The notes under the pieces were generated by a model that saw only the letters and a program-made list of their open reading frames with translations, was not told the origin of the DNA and made no database searches. 64,000 nucleotides of DNA from Fimicolochytrium jonesii (lineage: Eukaryota), in contig NW_026515668.1 in NCBI RefSeq assembly GCF_025526975.1, forward strand, positions 682,001 to 746,000. The letters are read 5' to 3'. Numbering within the stretch: the stretch's first letter is position 1; each line of letters starts with the position of its first letter. The translations under genes were made by a program, and so were the position numbers. Of this stretch, positions 59,784-64,000 are shown in pieces.

Positions 59784-62237
59784 ATGGCCACTCCCGCAGG
59801 CGCACCAACTACCTCCTTGTCCACAAGGAGTATCGCCGCCGCCGCCGACACTGACACCGACGACGAGGGCTTTGACGAACTGTGTCTATTACCTTCTCAC
59901 CATAACAGCAACAGCGACAGTACCAACAACAACAAAAGCGAGCAGTCGCCCTCTTACTCGGAAAACAGCTGGAAGTCGACTCATGGCCTTCCACCTACTT
60001 CCGTATCTTTCGCCACTTGGTCTGAAATAGAGCGCGCTGGTAAGTGTTTTATTCCGAGCCGTAGCGAGCCCAACACGCACAGGAGCCGAGCGCAGCGAGG
60101 AGAATGCTCAAGGCACGCGAGCGAAGCGATCTACTCTCCGCCCACCGCAACCCAACATCCTCGTCGCGAGCGGAGCGAGCAAGGGAGCGCTTGTTGGTCG
60201 GCGGTTGATGGCTGGTGGTTGTTCATCGGCGGCTGATGGCTTGGTTGATGGCTTCGCTTCGCTCATCCATGTTCATCCGCGTCAAATCAACTTATAAACC
60301 CACTCACTCGTTTATCACCCCCAGAATTCGCATTTGCTCTCCTCCAAACCCTTTCGGCCCCTCTCCTGGGCTCCATCTCCCGCCGCATCCAGCCTCTCCT
60401 CGCCCGTGACTTTATCGCCCGTCTTCCACTTGAAATCGCTGCTCACATCCTCAGCTACACGAACCCACGGACGCTAGTCCGCGTCGCACGCGTCTCGTCG
60501 GAATGGAGGGCTGTAGCATACGATAACTCCGTCTGGCATAGCTTGTATGTAGGCAAAGGGTGGAAGATCAGCGATAACTACCTCAATGAGAGGGTTCGCT
60601 GGAGCAATGACGTTGAGCGGCGGAGGCTGAGGAAGGAGAGCCGAAGGGCACACGGGAGGAAAAAGAAAGATGACCTGATGGACGAATTCCAGAATGTGAA
60701 GATTTGCGATTCGGCAGGTGATCATATCGGCGTCGCCCGAACCTACAGCAACACTCGTAGCACTAGTAGTAGTAGCAGCAGTAGCAGCGATAGCGAAACC
60801 GATCACGAGGAGCCAGCAGCGTCGACAACGGCACTCGCAGCAGAGCAACCCTCCTCAACATCCCTTCTCAAACCTCGCTCATCACTCTCATCCCTCATCG
60901 ACCGCGGCACCATCCCCTCCCCCTTCGGCCGCCCCCAAAGCCGACTCTCCACCGCCAGCCACTTCTCCCATACCTCCTCCTCAACCCCCTTAATCCCCTG
61001 GCGCGAGATCTACCATCAACGCCACAACCTTGCCCAAAACTGGCTCCACAACCGCTGCAGCACCACCGTTTTCCAGGGGCACACCGAGGCCGTGTACTGC
61101 CTCCAATTCGATTCGCGGAAGATCGTTTCGGGGTCGAGGGATAAAACGCTGAAGATATGGGATACCCGGTCGGGACATTGTAAGGCCACGTTGAGGGGAC
61201 ATACCGGGTCCGTATTGTGTCTGCAATACAATGAAAACATCATCGTCTCCGGCTCTTCGGATTGGAGCATGATCGTGTGGGACGTGCGGAGTGGCAGGAT
61301 GTTGCGGACGATGACGGGACATATGGAGAGTGTGCTGAATTTGAGGTTTGATGAGAAGTGGGTGGTTAGTTGTAGTAAAGATACGACTGTCAAGGTGTGG
61401 GATCTGGAGTCGGGAAAGCTGGTGAGGACGATGGTGGGGCATCGGGCGGCGGTTAATGCGGTGCAGATGAAGGGGAGGGTGGTTGTTTCTGCGTCTGGAG
61501 GTGAGTGGACCGGAATCCTTTATGCTGTTTGCAACATCGTGTAGCAGGCTGATTCCGTTGAGCATAGACCGCTCCATCAAACTATGGGACCTCCACACCG
61601 GCGCCCACCTCAAAACCCTCCTCGGCCACACCCGCGGCATCGCGTGCATTCAATTCGACGGGGATCTCATCGTCTCCGGGTCTTCAGGTAACTTACCCAA
61701 CCCCCTCGCCATGGCCCCGTATCTCAACCAGACTCGAATTCTTCCCATAACCAGACAGCACAATAAAACTTTGGTCAGCCCCCACCGGCACCCTTCTCCG
61801 CACCATCGACGGGCACACCTCCCTCGTCCGCACCCTCCAATTCGACGACACCCGGATCGTTTCGGGGAGCTATGACGAGACTATCAAAGTCTGGGATTTG
61901 AAGACGGGGGAGCTTCTTCTGGATTTGTGTGGGGGTGGGAATCTGGGGGCGACGAGGATGGGAGTGGAGGGCGCGGGTGGGATTACGACTGTGGGGGCGG
62001 CGGCGACGAATGTGGGGACGACGCCGACCCGCGCGCATTCTGGCCGCGTGTTCAAACTTGCGTTTGACGAGACGCGGATCGTTAGTTGTAGTCAGGACCA
62101 GGTATGATTCTGAACAGGAAACGAGTGGAATTTGGCTGCAGAAAAGCATCACTGACGTCTGTGTGTGTTCTGAAACCGAACAGACCATCATCGTCTGGGA
62201 CTTTGCCAAGGGCGTTGATTCGCGATACTTTGTCTAG
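59784..62237 (+). CDS. F-box/WD40 protein, beta-TrCP/FWD-1/Pof11-like, multi-exon
   Basis: F-box DFIARLPLEIAAHILSY...VSSEW; WD40 repeats GHTEAVYCLQFD..IVSGSRDKTLKIWD, GHTGSVLCLQY, GHRAAVNAVQ, GHTRGIACIQF, HSGRVFKLAFD. Intron 1 60040-60324. Confidence 0.92.
60040..60324 (+). mobile_element. Intron-resident GCGNAGC-rich dispersed repeat (F-box gene intron 1)
   Basis: GAGCGCAGCGAGGAGAATGC..GCGAGCGAAGCGA..CCCAACATCCTCGTCGCGAGCGGAGCGAGCAAGGG, colinear with the IME4 intron copy. Confidence 0.6.
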
Positions 62238-62978
62238 GACGGTCTGCGAACGCTTTCAACGAGCACCCCGATACCCCGAATATCATCCCACCATCCCACT
62301 CAAGTCGACGATCTCATCGATGTTCGTCCCGTTCGCAGCGCGTACGCCCAACTTTGCTCAAAAGCTCTTGCACAACTCCGCTTTTGGATGTCCGGCGGCG
62401 TTTATACCCCTCTTTGCGTCCCTGACACCATACCCGACTCCCAGCAACGGACAAGGGACACCGTGTCGTCGAATAGAAGCTCATATACCCACCCCATCAT
62501 ACCCCATCAGGACACCAGCTCCGCGCATCCTCTCCCCTCACTCCCAAGAAAAGACAATTTGGCTTTCCTTAATGAGCGCGGCCCGGCACATCTCAACAAA
62601 CACGCTTTCTGCCAGTCATCGCGTCGGACCGCATCCACTTCAGCGGTTTTCAGTGTACCGCCGGCATGTTACGAACCCTTTTTGTCTATGGTGTATACCA
62701 CCTATAAAAGTTTTTGTGTTTTTTTTGTTCCTTCCCCCCGTGTAAATACACTCAAGTTTTTGGTTTCCCTTCCTACCGCATTCTTTGCATTTACTGGCCT
62801 CCAGCAGGGGAGGGCTTCGGCAGTCAAAGTCGGAATGCAACCCAGAATGCAGGACATGAGAACACGGTCCACGCGATTGCGCCATGGCCCTCTTGTCCCT
62901 CGGTGGCCGATATCTCCCGCGCAACTCACAGTTCCCCAAGCAGAAGCACTTCGCACACAACATCCACCACGACGAACC

Positions 62979-63341
62979 ATGTCCGCCAAAACCTTCACCC
63001 TCGAGCAAGTCGCCGAGCACAAGTCAGACTCGTCGGCCTGGGTCATCGTCAAGGGCAAGGTCTACGACGTCACGTCTTTCTTGGATGACCATCCAGGTGG
63101 CAAGAAGGTCCTCTTGAAGGTGAGTGTGTAAGGAAGCGGGGGGCGCCGACCCTTTCTGGGGTGACGGACGGATACGTGTACTGTACATTGATGGTCATAT
63201 GTGCTTACGGTTTTAATGGGTCAATAGAACTGCGGAAAGGACGCGACGAAGCAGTTTGAGCAGTTCCATTCCGACAAGGTTTTGGACAAATATGGGCCCA
63301 AGCTATATATCGGTGATGTGAAGACTGCCGCCAAGCTGTAG
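62979..63341 (+). CDS. Small soluble cytochrome b5-like heme-binding protein with C-terminal PTS1 (AKL), 2 exons
   Basis: [15 protein letters not shown], intron 63120-63227, [14 protein letters not shown]...KTAAKL*. Confidence 0.92.
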
Positions 63342-64000
63342 ATACAGATACGAAGCGCTGCTTTGCATCGAGATGAGCTGGATGGGAGTGCAGGACTAGA
63401 TATTCCGGTTCGCCCACTGCACGATGGTCCGCCTGGACACCTGGGACTGACTTGAATGGAGGAGGAAAGCGAGCGGCGCTCGCTATGGGACCTGATGCGA
63501 GCGGAGGACTGTGTTCCGTAAGGCAGTGTCAGACGACACTTACAACCGCCTCCATGTCGTCGGCACTATAGAAGCTATTTCTGTCGTTACACTCGACACC
63601 ATCCCATATCCTTTGATTTCTTAATGTGATATCCTTGGGCAGGAAAAATATCATTTGACAAACGACGTAGGAATTGGAAGCTGTAGAAATCGGGAATCCA
63701 TCCCATCAAACCTGGCGATAATGGAAGATGCCACGTTGCTGTCCTTCCGGCTTCTCTGTATTGGGTAGCTAGCTAGTATGTCCTGTGCTATTGCGTATAT
63801 AGCTGTTGGAGTGTCTTCCCAGTCTCCCAGTGTCTTCCCAGTGTCTTCTGTGTACTGTATGTATATGTATTTGTCAGCTGCTGCCGTCACGGTGAGCCAA
63901 ATGCGCGGAAACGCGTCAACATTGAGATGCTGAATCACTAATGCTGAGGAGGGAGGAGGAGGGTATAAAAGGACCCTTTCCACCCGCCCATCTTGCCCGT

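Noticed and set aside
63651..63983. 110-aa minus-strand ORF at the window edge
   Set aside because: No recognisable motif and possibly truncated by the window; cannot be supported.

Overview
Eukaryotic, intron-containing, GC-rich fungal genomic DNA. The gene content (pentafunctional AROM, Pet127, plus CINP-like and SppA genes absent from yeasts) and short GT-AG introns suggest an early-diverging, probably chytrid-type fungus; this is inference. About 20 host genes are supported, including ARO1, a fasciclin protein, a coiled-coil/tandem-BRCT protein, a PPR protein, FAF1-like, 3-hydroxyacyl-CoA dehydrogenase, DGAT2, BOR1-like, SppA, PET127, CINP-like, NUS1, a free-standing C-Ala-like protein, IME4/METTL3, a beta-TrCP-like F-box/WD40 protein and a PTS1-bearing cytochrome b5. 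Three accessory stretches stand out. (1) 1-3.3 kb: an intronless CX5R-phosphatase/NADAR fusion, a degenerate ~12-unit non-coding repeat array and an orphan ORF. (2) 9.0-14.3 kb: a tandem pair of CRIPT-like Cys-rich microproteins followed by decayed relics (Josephin protease pseudogene, helical-repeat ORF, fibre-like fragment). (3) 52.8-56.4 kb: four phased ACGCGT doublets and a palindromic repeat. An intron-resident, sense-oriented repeat family rich in GCGNAGC mini-hairpin motifs occupies most of the longest introns. Coding regions alternate between C-rich and G-rich blocks. Exon boundaries and homologies were read by eye and no database searches were run.
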